A stretch of DNA of 64,000 nt from an uncultured Gammaproteobacteria bacterium (GCA_964538435.1 CAZIDX010000007.1:4399-68398), one strand, 5' to 3'. Positions 1 through 9,124 are shown, counted from the stretch's first letter. Translations and numbers: made by a program. The notes: generated from the letters alone by a model not told the origin.

Positions 1-1213
1 TGGTCTTCAGGCCGCTGAACACGGCGTGATTCCAGTCGATGTCCGCGATCTCGATGTCGAAGTCGCTGCTCGCGAGCCTCATGGCCTGGGCCACGGCGTT
101 GGAACGCTCCACGAAGGCAGCGAATCCGTCCGGGTTGGTCCGATCCATGAAGTTCAGGTTTCCGGCGTGCCCTACGAAGGTCGCGTCGCGGTACAGACCG
201 TCGGCGTCCTCGAAGGTGGGGTTGGCGTCGTAGTAGTCCACGGCGTACTGCATGAGGGCCATGTACTCGTCCGAGCCGGAGCCGTCGTACGCGTTCATCA
301 GGTCCTTGACCTTCTCGGCCGAGTACAGGTACGCGGCCACGAAGTTGCGGAGATCCTCGGGGTTCTGCTGCGCCCAGTCGGTGCGCACGAAGTACGAGTC
401 CGCGATGGTGCGGCGGCGATCGGCCGTGCTGGCGAGCACGTGTGCGCCGACCACGGAGCACTCGGCACCGTCGCAGGTCTGGTCCGGACCGCCGGTGAGG
501 GCGTACATGTCCGGAGTGATGACGAAGGCGCCGGCGATGTTCTCGTTGCGCTCGAAGGCCTCGACCGGTGAGCCGGGGCCGGACAGGTTGTCGACCCATT
601 CGATGTTCACGTCGGTCCACTTGAGGCCGGCGTCACCGAGGATCGCGTGCAGGAAGCCCATGTGCGGGCCACCCTTCTGGATGGCGATGGTCTTGCCGCG
701 GAGCTGGGTCAGGTCCGTGATGCCATCACGCACGATCAGGTGGTCACCGGCCGACCAGGTCATCTGGAAGACGAACTGGGGGCAGGCGCCGGGCTCGGAC
801 TGACAGAGCTCCTCGGTGTTCACGGCCACCATCACGAAGGTGCCGCGCAGGAACGGGCTCTTGCCGGACTTGTAGTCCGCGAGCTGCTGGCTCATGTCGT
901 CGCCGTTGACGATGCAGAGGTTCTGCCCGTACTCGGCGCAGATGGTGCCTTCGCGGCTCTGATCGCCGCCCGCACAGTAGTGCGTGGGGTAGTCGCCGCC
1001 CCAGGTGATGTCCGGGACCTGCGTGCACTGACCGGCCATCTTGCCCTTGCCGGGCATGCCGGAAGAGGACTTGGAGTTGCTCTTGGTGGGTGCGGTCTGG
1101 TTGCTCGTGGGAGCACCCCCGTCACTCGACGGTGGGGTCTGCTCCACACTCACGCAGCCAGCCACGAGGAAGCTGATCAGAGCCAGCATCGGCATCAGGA
1201 AACGGAGTCGCAT
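1..1213 (-). CDS. Lipoprotein, ABC-type (SsuA/NMT1-like) substrate-binding protein; 3' end runs off the window
   Basis: Absent from the ORF track because there is no stop in the window. Manual translation: MRLRFLMPMLALISFLVAGC (lipobox VAGC)...DGITDLTQLRGKTIAIQKGGPH (PBP type II motif). SD AAGGAGG 6 nt upstream; G/C-ending codons. Confidence 0.75.
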   Translation of the reverse strand, partial: MRLRFLMPMLALISFLVAGCVSVEQTPPSSDGGAPTSNQTAPTKSNSKSSSGMPGKGKMAGQCTQVPDITWGGDYPTHYCAGGDQSREGTICAEYGQNLCIVNGDDMSQQLADYKSGKSPFLRGTFVMVAVNTEELCQSEPGACPQFVFQMTWSAGDHLIVRDGITDLTQLRGKTIAIQKGGPHMGFLHAILGDAGLKWTDVNIEWVDNLSGPGSPVEAFERNENIAGAFVITPDMYALTGGPDQTCDGAECSVVGAHVLASTADRRRTIADSYFVRTDWAQQNPEDLRNFVAAYLYSAEKVKDLMNAYDGSGSDEYMALMQYAVDYYDANPTFEDADGLYRDATFVGHAGNLNFMDRTNPDGFAAFVERSNAVAQAMRLASSDFDIEIADIDWNHAVFSGLKT

Positions 1214-1480
1214 GGACATCCTCCTTCTCTCCCTGTCGGTGAATTTACTTCCAGGCCGTGACAGGCCAAGCCAGGAAGCATGTTCTCGGATTCGTTCCGA
1301 TTGGATCTCACCGTTGAGCGATGAGGGCGTGCAGTAGACCTAAATCCACTACGTCACGCACACGGCGAGATCCAATCGAAACAAATCTTTGAAATGAGAA
1401 TAAAAAGAGCGCCCGGTATTTGGGCGTCTTTCCAGTATTATGACCTTGCGTAACGGAAACGCCCCATTTCCGAAGGGCGC

Positions 1481-1509
1481 AACTTAGTCCAAGTGGCAAA
1501 ATTTGTCAA
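1481..1509 (-). promoter_or_regulatory. sigma70-type promoter TTGACA-N17-TAAGTT
   Basis: Reverse complement reads TTGACA aattttgccacttggac TAAGTT, ahead of a ~260-nt leader. Confidence 0.6.
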
Positions 1510-1601
1510 GGGGCACAAATGGACATCTGTTAGCTGAGTTTGACGAGTTCATTTTTGCCTATAAAATCAGGAGTTTTCTGTATATTTTTGGTCAGAAACT
1601 A

Positions 1602-1630
1602 TTGACAAATGTGCTTTTTTGTGCTAATAT
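1602..1630 (+). promoter_or_regulatory. sigma70-type promoter TTGACA-N17-TAATAT
   Basis: TTGACA aatgtgcttttttgtgc TAATAT, divergent from the previous promoter. Confidence 0.65.
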
Positions 1631-1800
1631 CGCATGTTCGCTTGAGACTGCGTTAGCCGCAACTAACAAAGAATCTATGCGACCCAAGTGCCCCGCCACA
1701 GGGGCAAACATATCAACCCAAGACCTTTGCCTGCCCGCGCGATGGAATGTGCGGACCAATGCGGGTGGGTGAAAAACCTCCGCACTGCAAAGGCAACATC

Positions 1801-2358
1801 ATGTCCCCTTCCGACTTCCGCGTCGTCTCCAGCGCTCGCAAGCTCGTCCTCGTTCCCAAGATCGATGCCCCTGTGGTGTCCTTCCCGGACGGAGCCGAGA
1901 TCAACAGCTGGGGAGCCAACAACGAGACCCCCACCGTGGTGGTCTGCAACGGCACCGAGGAGACCCCGTCCTGGCAGGGTGTCGACGCCGTGACCGGCTT
2001 CGTCATCGTCAACGAGGTTCCCGAGGAGATCGCCGAAGCCGCCCTGGCCATGTACGAGTCCGGCAACTCCCTCGAGGACGTGCTGGCCTACCTGGTCGAG
2101 AACGGCTGCGTGGATCAGTACACGAGCTCGTGGAGCTTCAAGAAGACCAAGCTCTCTGTGGCCGGCACCGTCCTGAGCGACAAGTCCGGCATCTACAAGC
2201 GTGACGACCGTGACCTGATCGCCTGCTGGCGTGAGGGTGACACCTTCTTCACCGCCCCGAGTGGTGAAGGTCGGGTCATCGAGCCCGGCATCCTGCAGCG
2301 GACCTACCGCCTGCCGGACGGAAGTCAGATCGATCTCGATCAGGTTCCCGAGAAGTAG
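1801..2358 (+). CDS. Hypothetical protein (GC-rich orphan unit)
   Basis: Very strong C/G third-position bias from ATG 1801 (the track ORF starts at 1747). No family recognised. Confidence 0.75.
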   Translation: MSPSDFRVVSSARKLVLVPKIDAPVVSFPDGAEINSWGANNETPTVVVCNGTEETPSWQGVDAVTGFVIVNEVPEEIAEAALAMYESGNSLEDVLAYLVENGCVDQYTSSWSFKKTKLSVAGTVLSDKSGIYKRDDRDLIACWREGDTFFTAPSGEGRVIEPGILQRTYRLPDGSQIDLDQVPEK

Positions 2359-2545
2359 AACTAGCTCTTCATCACCCCCGGGTGGTAGAAGGGCATGGGA
2401 TCCAACCCTTGTGTGTAACAGTGACCCCTGTGGTCTCTGGAATGCGCTAGGAGTGGTTCCATGGAATGCAACGCTGCGGCTGAGCATTCCTGAGAAGCGT
2501 CTGCGGACGTGACTCAACCCCACTACGGCCCAGGGGTAAAAGGGC

Positions 2546-2596
2546 AGCGACCACCGGTTAGCGCAGTTGCGGATGCGCGCCGGTGGTTTTGTTTTT
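2546..2596 (+). terminator. Intrinsic terminator
   Basis: accaccgg...ccggtggt stem followed by a T-rich tract. Confidence 0.55.
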
Positions 2597-2624
2597 AAAA
2601 CAGACGCGCTTGACGTCTGTTTGT

Positions 2625-5618
2625 TTATGACATGAAGGTTTGCAGTTTGTCTTCGAGGCTGTCGAGGTTTGCAAGGTGTATCTTATCTGGATTCTCTCTG
2701 GCTAATCTGACAAACTCTCTGAAATATTTTCTATGCACGATGTAGTTCTTTTCTTTTTTTCCTGTTGGCTCAGGTGAGCCGCCGAAATCTTTTGTCATGT
2801 GTTCATCAAAGACCTCTTCGTCAAGCGCGCCCTCGAGAAGATGAAAGACATGCTCATCAAACTTTGTGTCTTCTGTATCAGGTAAACGATCAAGGTTGCT
2901 CATCACAACAGAGGCTGCTTCTGCAAAACGGCCAGAGTCAGATAAGAGCACGATATCAAACCCGTTCTTGATTGACTCGTTGATTTCCATGATTGAGAAC
3001 ACTCCCCCGTTCCCAGCAACGAGCACACGCGGTTGGTCTTGGCTGATGCGAGCAAACAGGGATTCCATGTAAGCGATGTGCAAGTCATATCCACTCACAC
3101 GCTCTTCACCTTCTCGTCCAAACATGGCTGTGATTGGAGTAACTGCCGTGTCCACTGGAGCTAGAGCAAAGCGCTCCCAAGAGTCTGTTTGCTCCATCCA
3201 TGGATTATCTGGATAGACGGTGTTTCCAGCGGGCGAGATTGAAAACAGATGCGCTTGATCTCTAAACGGCAGGTGCTCGGTTTCAGAGCGATAGATTGTA
3301 TTTTGTTTTCCAAAAAATACACCTATTCCAGACTGTGTCCCTGGCACAGCAACATTTGCTTTTGCATCATGAGCGACCCGGATAACTGCTGAGCTCATGC
3401 GATTTAGCGGATGATCTTCTGGGCGATCTGTTTCTTTTACCATTCGGCAACCACCAACAACATTGATTAGAGGGCGATTTCGGTTCACCCGCAGCTTGTC
3501 GAGGACAGCTTCTTCGATATCAACTGGAATTGTCTCAGAGGGATGGTTGATTTCGTGATCCATTGCGACAACGCGGACATCGTGAGATTTTGAACAAAGC
3601 TCTTCATCAAATCCATAGTCTGGACACATGTTTTGTGCAAGCGAGAGGAATTCTGGTCCGTATTCTATTTCGTGATTCCGTACAGCAGGCCGGTACATAT
3701 CTTTGAACCCACACATCTCTGGGGTTGCTGCGCTGCTGTACAAAAACTTAGCGTAGTCCTGCCGAACGTCATCAAGCCCATCGAGGAACCTGCTCGCAGC
3801 TGCTTCATCGACAGGTGGCATCAATGCAACGAAGTCGTCGAGGAGATTGTAATACTCACTTGATTGGTTTGTCAGAACAAAGACCATTGATTCTTCTGCA
3901 ATGTCAGAGAGTTTTTGTTCCCAGTTTTTGTTTTTGTATTTGAGAAGTTTTTGCATCCGCTCAATCTGCTTGATGAAATGATCGAATGCGCGCAGACTCT
4001 CTTCAATCTCAATGTAGGCTGCTCTTTCAAACACTGGAGTTGCATTCTGCTGATCTGGCTTGAGGTCTTTGCTCTCATCGATCAGGATTCGAGCAACGCT
4101 TCCTTGATGCACAGATTCGAGAAAACTGTGCTGTCGCCCTTGCTTGGATTTTTTGTACTGACCTCGGAAAAAGAGAAACTGTGCATCTGGATCTGATTGC
4201 GGACCAGAAGCGAGTAGGTTGCGAGCGATTTTTTGGGCGCTGTAGTAACGGTGATCAGAAAGGATGCTGGACCGCGCCTTATAACTCTGCTCTTGCGCGT
4301 CACGCATTCCGTGATCGAAAAAGAATCGTCTGTCTCCAACGCGCTCTCCCGTTATTGCTATACCAACCCCCTCTGCAAAACGCGTGAGGGCATGTGCTCC
4401 CCACTCCTTGTTTTGCTCGAGGACAAGATCGATGAGCTTGTCTGGGATCACTTGTCCATGATCAAGAACACGTTTTGCCAAACGGTCTGGGAACTGAAGC
4501 ATCTCATCAATCACAGCTTGCTGCGTTTGTTCTGGAGTGGCCTTAGCAAGCCCGAGTGTGTCAGCAAACGCTGCGAGCTGATGTTCGCGCTTTGCATGCA
4601 GGTCTTCTGTGTCAAAATTTTCACTGGCGCGACGAAGCCCAAGCTCAAGTCCCTCTGCTTCTGATCCTAGCCAGTGTGACTCAAGCTCTGCTCTGAGCTC
4701 TTCTGAAACTAACCCAAACGGGATGTGGGCAACAAATGGTCTTTGGAGGATGTTCTTTGCTTTTCCCTTGCGTCGCCCATCAAAATGAACCTGTACACCG
4801 TTTGAATCGAGTGTGACGTGTCGGGTTTTCTTTCCGTTCACCCTGAACGTTCTTGCTAGACCTGATGTAAATAGTGCTGAGGTGAGTTTTGTGCGTTCGC
4901 TGCGTGCCTGATCTGCCAGATCTGGATGTGATCGCTCAATGTTTCTCAGCGCGTGTTCTGCACGAGCAAACTCTTGAGGGGTTAACGTTGCGATGGCATT
5001 GCTTTCAAAAAGCTCTGATGGGATGAATCCAAGAGACTCAATGAGTCGCCCTAGGTTGTCAGGGTTTGTTCGAAGAGCTGCGGCTGCAACAGGCGCCCAA
5101 TCGTCTTGCGGCTCCATACGAAGCACGCGGTAGGCAGCCGCTCGCACCTCACTCTCGTAGGTGTCCCAGGTCACATCCTCAAACCGATCTGCAAACACCA
5201 TCCGTTCGTGTAACTGATTACTGCTCTTTGCATCGAGAAGCAACGTGTCTTGCTCGTGTGAAATATTGGCTAGACTTGCTTTCCCAGTAAGCACGGCCTC
5301 CTGCGCCCAGTCGATCAGGTCTTTGAGTTCGTGATTTGATTGCAGAACAGTGTTGCGAACTCTTGCTCCTTGGTGACCAATAAGTTTTTGAAGGAGTCCA
5401 ACATTCTTTTCCACTTGCTGCTGCTCTTCTGGGCTAAGCATGAGGAAATCGTCCTTACTCAGACTGATTTCTTTTGTGTGTTCTGCGCCGTGTGATAGCA
5501 AAAATTGCCGCTGGCTTTCAAACACACCGGTGAGTGTTGTCTCGAGCTTTGTGAAGGAAACAACTTCTCTGTGCTGAACAAGATCATGCTGCCTTCTTCC
5601 TCCTTCTCCACCCATCAT
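2625..5618 (-). CDS. Large protein with C-terminal SLOG (LSDAT/TRPM-like) domain
   Basis: 997-aa ORF. C-terminal motifs PLINVVGG, PGTQSGIG and VLVAGNGG...EI...IVLLSDSGRFAE resemble LSDAT-type SLOG domains. Confidence 0.65.
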   Translation of the reverse strand: MMGGEGGRRQHDLVQHREVVSFTKLETTLTGVFESQRQFLLSHGAEHTKEISLSKDDFLMLSPEEQQQVEKNVGLLQKLIGHQGARVRNTVLQSNHELKDLIDWAQEAVLTGKASLANISHEQDTLLLDAKSSNQLHERMVFADRFEDVTWDTYESEVRAAAYRVLRMEPQDDWAPVAAAALRTNPDNLGRLIESLGFIPSELFESNAIATLTPQEFARAEHALRNIERSHPDLADQARSERTKLTSALFTSGLARTFRVNGKKTRHVTLDSNGVQVHFDGRRKGKAKNILQRPFVAHIPFGLVSEELRAELESHWLGSEAEGLELGLRRASENFDTEDLHAKREHQLAAFADTLGLAKATPEQTQQAVIDEMLQFPDRLAKRVLDHGQVIPDKLIDLVLEQNKEWGAHALTRFAEGVGIAITGERVGDRRFFFDHGMRDAQEQSYKARSSILSDHRYYSAQKIARNLLASGPQSDPDAQFLFFRGQYKKSKQGRQHSFLESVHQGSVARILIDESKDLKPDQQNATPVFERAAYIEIEESLRAFDHFIKQIERMQKLLKYKNKNWEQKLSDIAEESMVFVLTNQSSEYYNLLDDFVALMPPVDEAAASRFLDGLDDVRQDYAKFLYSSAATPEMCGFKDMYRPAVRNHEIEYGPEFLSLAQNMCPDYGFDEELCSKSHDVRVVAMDHEINHPSETIPVDIEEAVLDKLRVNRNRPLINVVGGCRMVKETDRPEDHPLNRMSSAVIRVAHDAKANVAVPGTQSGIGVFFGKQNTIYRSETEHLPFRDQAHLFSISPAGNTVYPDNPWMEQTDSWERFALAPVDTAVTPITAMFGREGEERVSGYDLHIAYMESLFARISQDQPRVLVAGNGGVFSIMEINESIKNGFDIVLLSDSGRFAEAASVVMSNLDRLPDTEDTKFDEHVFHLLEGALDEEVFDEHMTKDFGGSPEPTGKKEKNYIVHRKYFREFVRLARENPDKIHLANLDSLEDKLQTFMS

Positions 5619-5684
5619 AGTGAGTTTATGTTACCACTTTTGGTCTTGCGCTGCGAGAGTGAAACAAGTATTATTCGTTTTAAT

Positions 5685-6443
5685 ATGAAACCATTTTTGA
5701 TTCTTCAACTTCGGAAAAATGATCAAGCCTCGGACGGTGAGTATGAGGCTTTTTTGGATTACGGCAATCTTGATGAAAAAGATACTGTGCGTGTGCGCAT
5801 GGATCGAGGTGAGTTACCTGAGGTGAATCTTAATGATTATTCTGGTGCAATCGTTGGAGGTGGTCCGTGGAATGTGAGTGATCCGGATGCGAAGAAGTCG
5901 CAAGAGCAAAAGCAGGCAGAGTTGTGGCTTGGTGATTTGTTTGCAGAAATTCTTGAGCGAGACTTTCCTTACCTTGGCGCATGCTATGGTTTCGGTGTTC
6001 TGGCCCACCTTGCTGGAGGCCGAGTAGATAAAGGAAGATACGGAGAAGATCCTGGTGCTGTTCGAGTACACCTGTCAAATGAAGGGAATGAAGACCCTCT
6101 TCTTAAAGATCTCCCAACTTCTTTTGACGCGCTTGTGGGACACAAAGAAGCATGTGAAGAGCTTCCGGAAGGTGCTGTGCTTCTTGGGGGTTCAGACACA
6201 TGCCCTCATCAAATGTTTCGTATAAAGAACAACATTTACACGACTCAGTTTCATCCAGAGCTTGATGTCGAAGGAATTTGTGTGAGGATTGATGTGTACA
6301 AGAATGCTGGGTACTTCCCTCCTGAGGATGCTGAGAAGCTGAAGGTTCAATGCAAAAAAGAAACTATTGATGTGCCAATGGAGATTTTGAGGAGATTTGT
6401 GAAGAGGTACACACAACAAACCCTTGACAGTACTGAATGTTGA
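5685..6443 (+). CDS. Class I glutamine amidotransferase
   Basis: GAIVGGGP, LGACYG (nucleophile Cys) and TQFHPE (His-Glu). Probable start MKPFLILQ. Confidence 0.9.
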   Translation: MKPFLILQLRKNDQASDGEYEAFLDYGNLDEKDTVRVRMDRGELPEVNLNDYSGAIVGGGPWNVSDPDAKKSQEQKQAELWLGDLFAEILERDFPYLGACYGFGVLAHLAGGRVDKGRYGEDPGAVRVHLSNEGNEDPLLKDLPTSFDALVGHKEACEELPEGAVLLGGSDTCPHQMFRIKNNIYTTQFHPELDVEGICVRIDVYKNAGYFPPEDAEKLKVQCKKETIDVPMEILRRFVKRYTQQTLDSTEC

Positions 6444-6493
6444 TGTTGCAATAAACTTACGACTGAGGGAATTCCTCAGCAATAGACACAATC

Positions 6494-6538
6494 AAAACAT
6501 CCTCCCAAACTCTATTTTTTGAGTTAGGAGGGTGTTTT
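6494..6538. terminator. Bidirectional terminator-like hairpin
   Basis: aaaacatcctcc...ggagggtgtttt. Confidence 0.55.
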
Positions 6539-6562
6539 ATTCTGATTCAAACTCAGAGCCCT

Positions 6563-7474
6563 CTAAGGGGCCGGGTCGTTACTTGTAGCATTGCTTTATG
6601 GCAAGACAGCTTCGTATTGAATTTCCAGGTGCGTTGTATCATGTTTTCGCACGCGGGAATGCAAAACAAGACATTTTTCTTGACGCCGATGATCGGACTT
6701 TGTTTCTAAAGAGTCTTGAGTTTTGTGTTATGACTCATAATTTGATTTGCCATGCATATTGCCTAATGGACAATCACTACCACCTTCTCTTGGAGACACC
6801 AGACGGGAACCTGTCACAAGGAATGAGGGATTTGAATGGGAATTATGCTCAGTCCTTCAATTCTCGACATGACCGTGTCGGTCATTTGTTTCAGGGTAGA
6901 TATAAGGCAATTGTGGTTGAAAAAGAAGTTTATCTATGTGAATTGGCAAAATACATTGCTAACAACCCTGTAAAAGAAGGGCTTGTAAAATCTGCAGATG
7001 AATGGGTGTGGGGCAGCCATCAAGCAACCATCGGAAAAACAGAAGCGCCAAGCTGGTTGACCACAGATTTTATATTGGGGCACTTTTCAACTAATAGGCA
7101 GATGGCGCTTGAAGAGTATCGTGGTTTTGTATCCAGCTTAGAAGGTGGTGGTGACCCATATAACAACGTCCGCAAAGGTGCCATTATCGGCTCAGAGCAA
7201 TTTGCTTTTTCATTATGGGAAAAATTTGAAAGCTCAGAAGAGATAAAGGATGTTGTTGTCTCAGAGAGAATGATTGGCAGACCTTCCTTGAATGATATCT
7301 TCTCTGGAGCAGGAACCTTGAAACAGCGTGATGATCGTATCATTGCAGCAAAAAGGCGAGCGGGTTATACAATTACCGAAATTGCAAATCACTTACAGCT
7401 TCACCGAACAACGGTTAGCAGGATTTACAATCGAGAACAACAGCAATGCTACAAGTAACGACCCGGCCCCTTAG
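6563..7474 (+). mobile_element. RAYT-like HUH transposase element with 33-bp terminal inverted repeats
   Basis: ctaaggggccgggtcgttacttgtagcattgct at 6563-6595 and its exact reverse complement at 7442-7474 bracket the transposase. Confidence 0.8.
6598..7458 (+). CDS. REP-associated tyrosine (Y1/HUH) transposase with C-terminal HTH
   Basis: MARQLR...YHVFARGN, HAYCLMDNHYHLL (HUH), YIANNPVK (catalytic Tyr) and ITEIANHLQLHRTTVSR (HTH). Confidence 0.9.
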   Translation: MARQLRIEFPGALYHVFARGNAKQDIFLDADDRTLFLKSLEFCVMTHNLICHAYCLMDNHYHLLLETPDGNLSQGMRDLNGNYAQSFNSRHDRVGHLFQGRYKAIVVEKEVYLCELAKYIANNPVKEGLVKSADEWVWGSHQATIGKTEAPSWLTTDFILGHFSTNRQMALEEYRGFVSSLEGGGDPYNNVRKGAIIGSEQFAFSLWEKFESSEEIKDVVVSERMIGRPSLNDIFSGAGTLKQRDDRIIAAKRRAGYTITEIANHLQLHRTTVSRIYNREQQQCYK

Positions 7475-7532
7475 CGGCCCCTTAGTGTGATTGGAACAAC
7501 TTAGTTGCGAAACGAGATTGGAAAACGTATGA

Positions 7533-8162
7533 TTGATGAGTATGAAACCACGAAATTTTGAAGGAAGATACGTTGAAGGCTCCACGTTTATGGTTTTTGA
7601 AGAAGGTGGAAAGTCCATGGAGCAGTATCTGGATATGCTAAATCTAAAAAAGGATGATTTGGTTGGAAAAAGAATCATGGATCTTGGCTCTGGCCCTGAG
7701 GAGCGATTTGCAAATGAGATTGAAGCCGCAGGAATTGAATCTGATGTTGTTTGTGTGAATCCTGATTATGAACATGAGTCTTTTAAGACTGAAGTTTCCG
7801 ATAAATCTCCGAACAGAGAGCGGGTTGCTGCTATTGCTCAAGATCTTCCTTTTGAAGACGAATCTTTTGATCTTATTGTTGCGCTGGAGTCTGTCTCTAG
7901 GTACGCAGCACCAAGAGATAGTATTGATGAGGCGTTTAGCTGGGCAACTGAGCTTTTTCGTGTCCTCAAAGAGGAAGGTGAGGCGCGTTTATGGCCGATA
8001 CTGGAACTTGATGAGCACACTCCTGAAAACCATGATGCACACCTGGATTTTGTTAACTACCTAACAGATCTAGGGGCAGAGGTTAAGCTTGAAGAATGGC
8101 AGGACAAGAAACACCCTGGCATCAAGGGTCACCGAATGATTATTCGAAAACCAAAGAGATAG
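7533..8162 (+). CDS. Class I SAM-dependent methyltransferase
   Basis: IMDLGSG and AQDLPFEDESFDLIV motifs. The true start may be further downstream (~7590). Confidence 0.8.
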   Translation: MMSMKPRNFEGRYVEGSTFMVFEEGGKSMEQYLDMLNLKKDDLVGKRIMDLGSGPEERFANEIEAAGIESDVVCVNPDYEHESFKTEVSDKSPNRERVAAIAQDLPFEDESFDLIVALESVSRYAAPRDSIDEAFSWATELFRVLKEEGEARLWPILELDEHTPENHDAHLDFVNYLTDLGAEVKLEEWQDKKHPGIKGHRMIIRKPKR

Positions 8163-8179
8163 CAGATTCTTCCCAAATT

Positions 8180-8210
8180 AAAACACCCTGCCAATGACAG
8201 GGTGTTTTTT
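8180..8210. terminator. Bidirectional terminator between convergent genes
   Basis: aaaacaccctg...cagggtgtttttt. Confidence 0.7.
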
Positions 8211-8218
8211 GTTAGAGA

Positions 8219-9124
8219 TTACTGATTTCCTTCGATGAAGAGTATTGCGTCGTTGATTGGGATGGTGAAGCCGATGTTTTCTCCTTCGCTGTCGATGGCT
8301 GTGTTGACTCCGACTACTTCGCCATCGAGATTGAGCAGTGGACCACCTGAGTTTCCTGGGTTGATGGAGGCGTCTGTTTGGATGATGTTTTCAAGCTCTA
8401 AGACTTCCCCTGAGTCAAGCATTGATGAGATCGATCGCCCAAGTGCACTGACCACGCCGCGAGTAACTGTTGAATCGTAGCGACCAAGCGAGTTTCCAAT
8501 TGCCATAACGGTTTGGCCGACCTCTAGCGCATCTGAGTCGCCAAGCGAAGCTGCATTAAGTGTCACCTCACTCTGCACTTTAATAAGCGCAAGATCGGTT
8601 TCATCTGAGACGTTTACCACCTTTGCTGAAAGCTCAAGTCCATCCACAGTAAACACGGTGTAGTCTGCGCTTCTGTCTTCGATCACGTGTTTGTTTGTGA
8701 GGATGTACCCATCTTCAGAGATGATAATCCCTGTTCCACCACCAATTTCGATTGTTACCGTTTCATTTTCTCTTCCCATTGGAGTCGCACTCGGACGATC
8801 TTGGTTTGCGGCAGGTTTTGCTGCAGAAGGAGAAGCTGAGCGCTGCTGACGAAAGTACGGACTGAATGGATCCTGGTTGAATCGTCCTGTATTTCGATCA
8901 TAAATCTTTTCAACATCCTTTGTAATAATGATTGAAACAACAGATGGTGAAACCTCATCAACAGCATCAATAACCATTTCATCGCTTGTTTCTATGGTTG
9001 TGATCACCTCTGTGACACCTGCTTGCTGAAGGTATGGCAGACCGAAGATGAGAAGCGCGCCAACAATCAAAATCGTAATCAGGATATTGATAATGACCGT
9101 GAGGATGAGTGTTGATGTCTTCAT
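8219..9124 (-). CDS. HtrA/DegP-like trypsin serine protease, membrane anchored, no PDZ
   Basis: N-terminal TM helix; ILTNKHV, DLALIK and IQTDASINPGNSGGPL. Confidence 0.9.
   Translation of the reverse strand: MKTSTLILTVIINILITILIVGALLIFGLPYLQQAGVTEVITTIETSDEMVIDAVDEVSPSVVSIIITKDVEKIYDRNTGRFNQDPFSPYFRQQRSASPSAAKPAANQDRPSATPMGRENETVTIEIGGGTGIIISEDGYILTNKHVIEDRSADYTVFTVDGLELSAKVVNVSDETDLALIKVQSEVTLNAASLGDSDALEVGQTVMAIGNSLGRYDSTVTRGVVSALGRSISSMLDSGEVLELENIIQTDASINPGNSGGPLLNLDGEVVGVNTAIDSEGENIGFTIPINDAILFIEGNQ

Noticed and set aside
26-1337. Several long plus-strand ORFs
   Set aside because: They are antisense shadows of the GC3-rich minus-strand lipoprotein gene.
1675-2523. 282-aa minus-strand ORF (similarly 10107-10952, 11369-12382, 12273-12821, 26862-27455, 35224-35994, 51092-51571)
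   Set aside because: Shadow or alternative frames caused by high GC3. Promoter, SD and terminator support the other frame in each case.
6424-6540. Possible promoter-hairpin-terminator small RNA
   Set aside because: The TTGACA lies inside the GATase ORF and the -10 (TGCAAT) lacks the key A; a 3' UTR explains it more simply.
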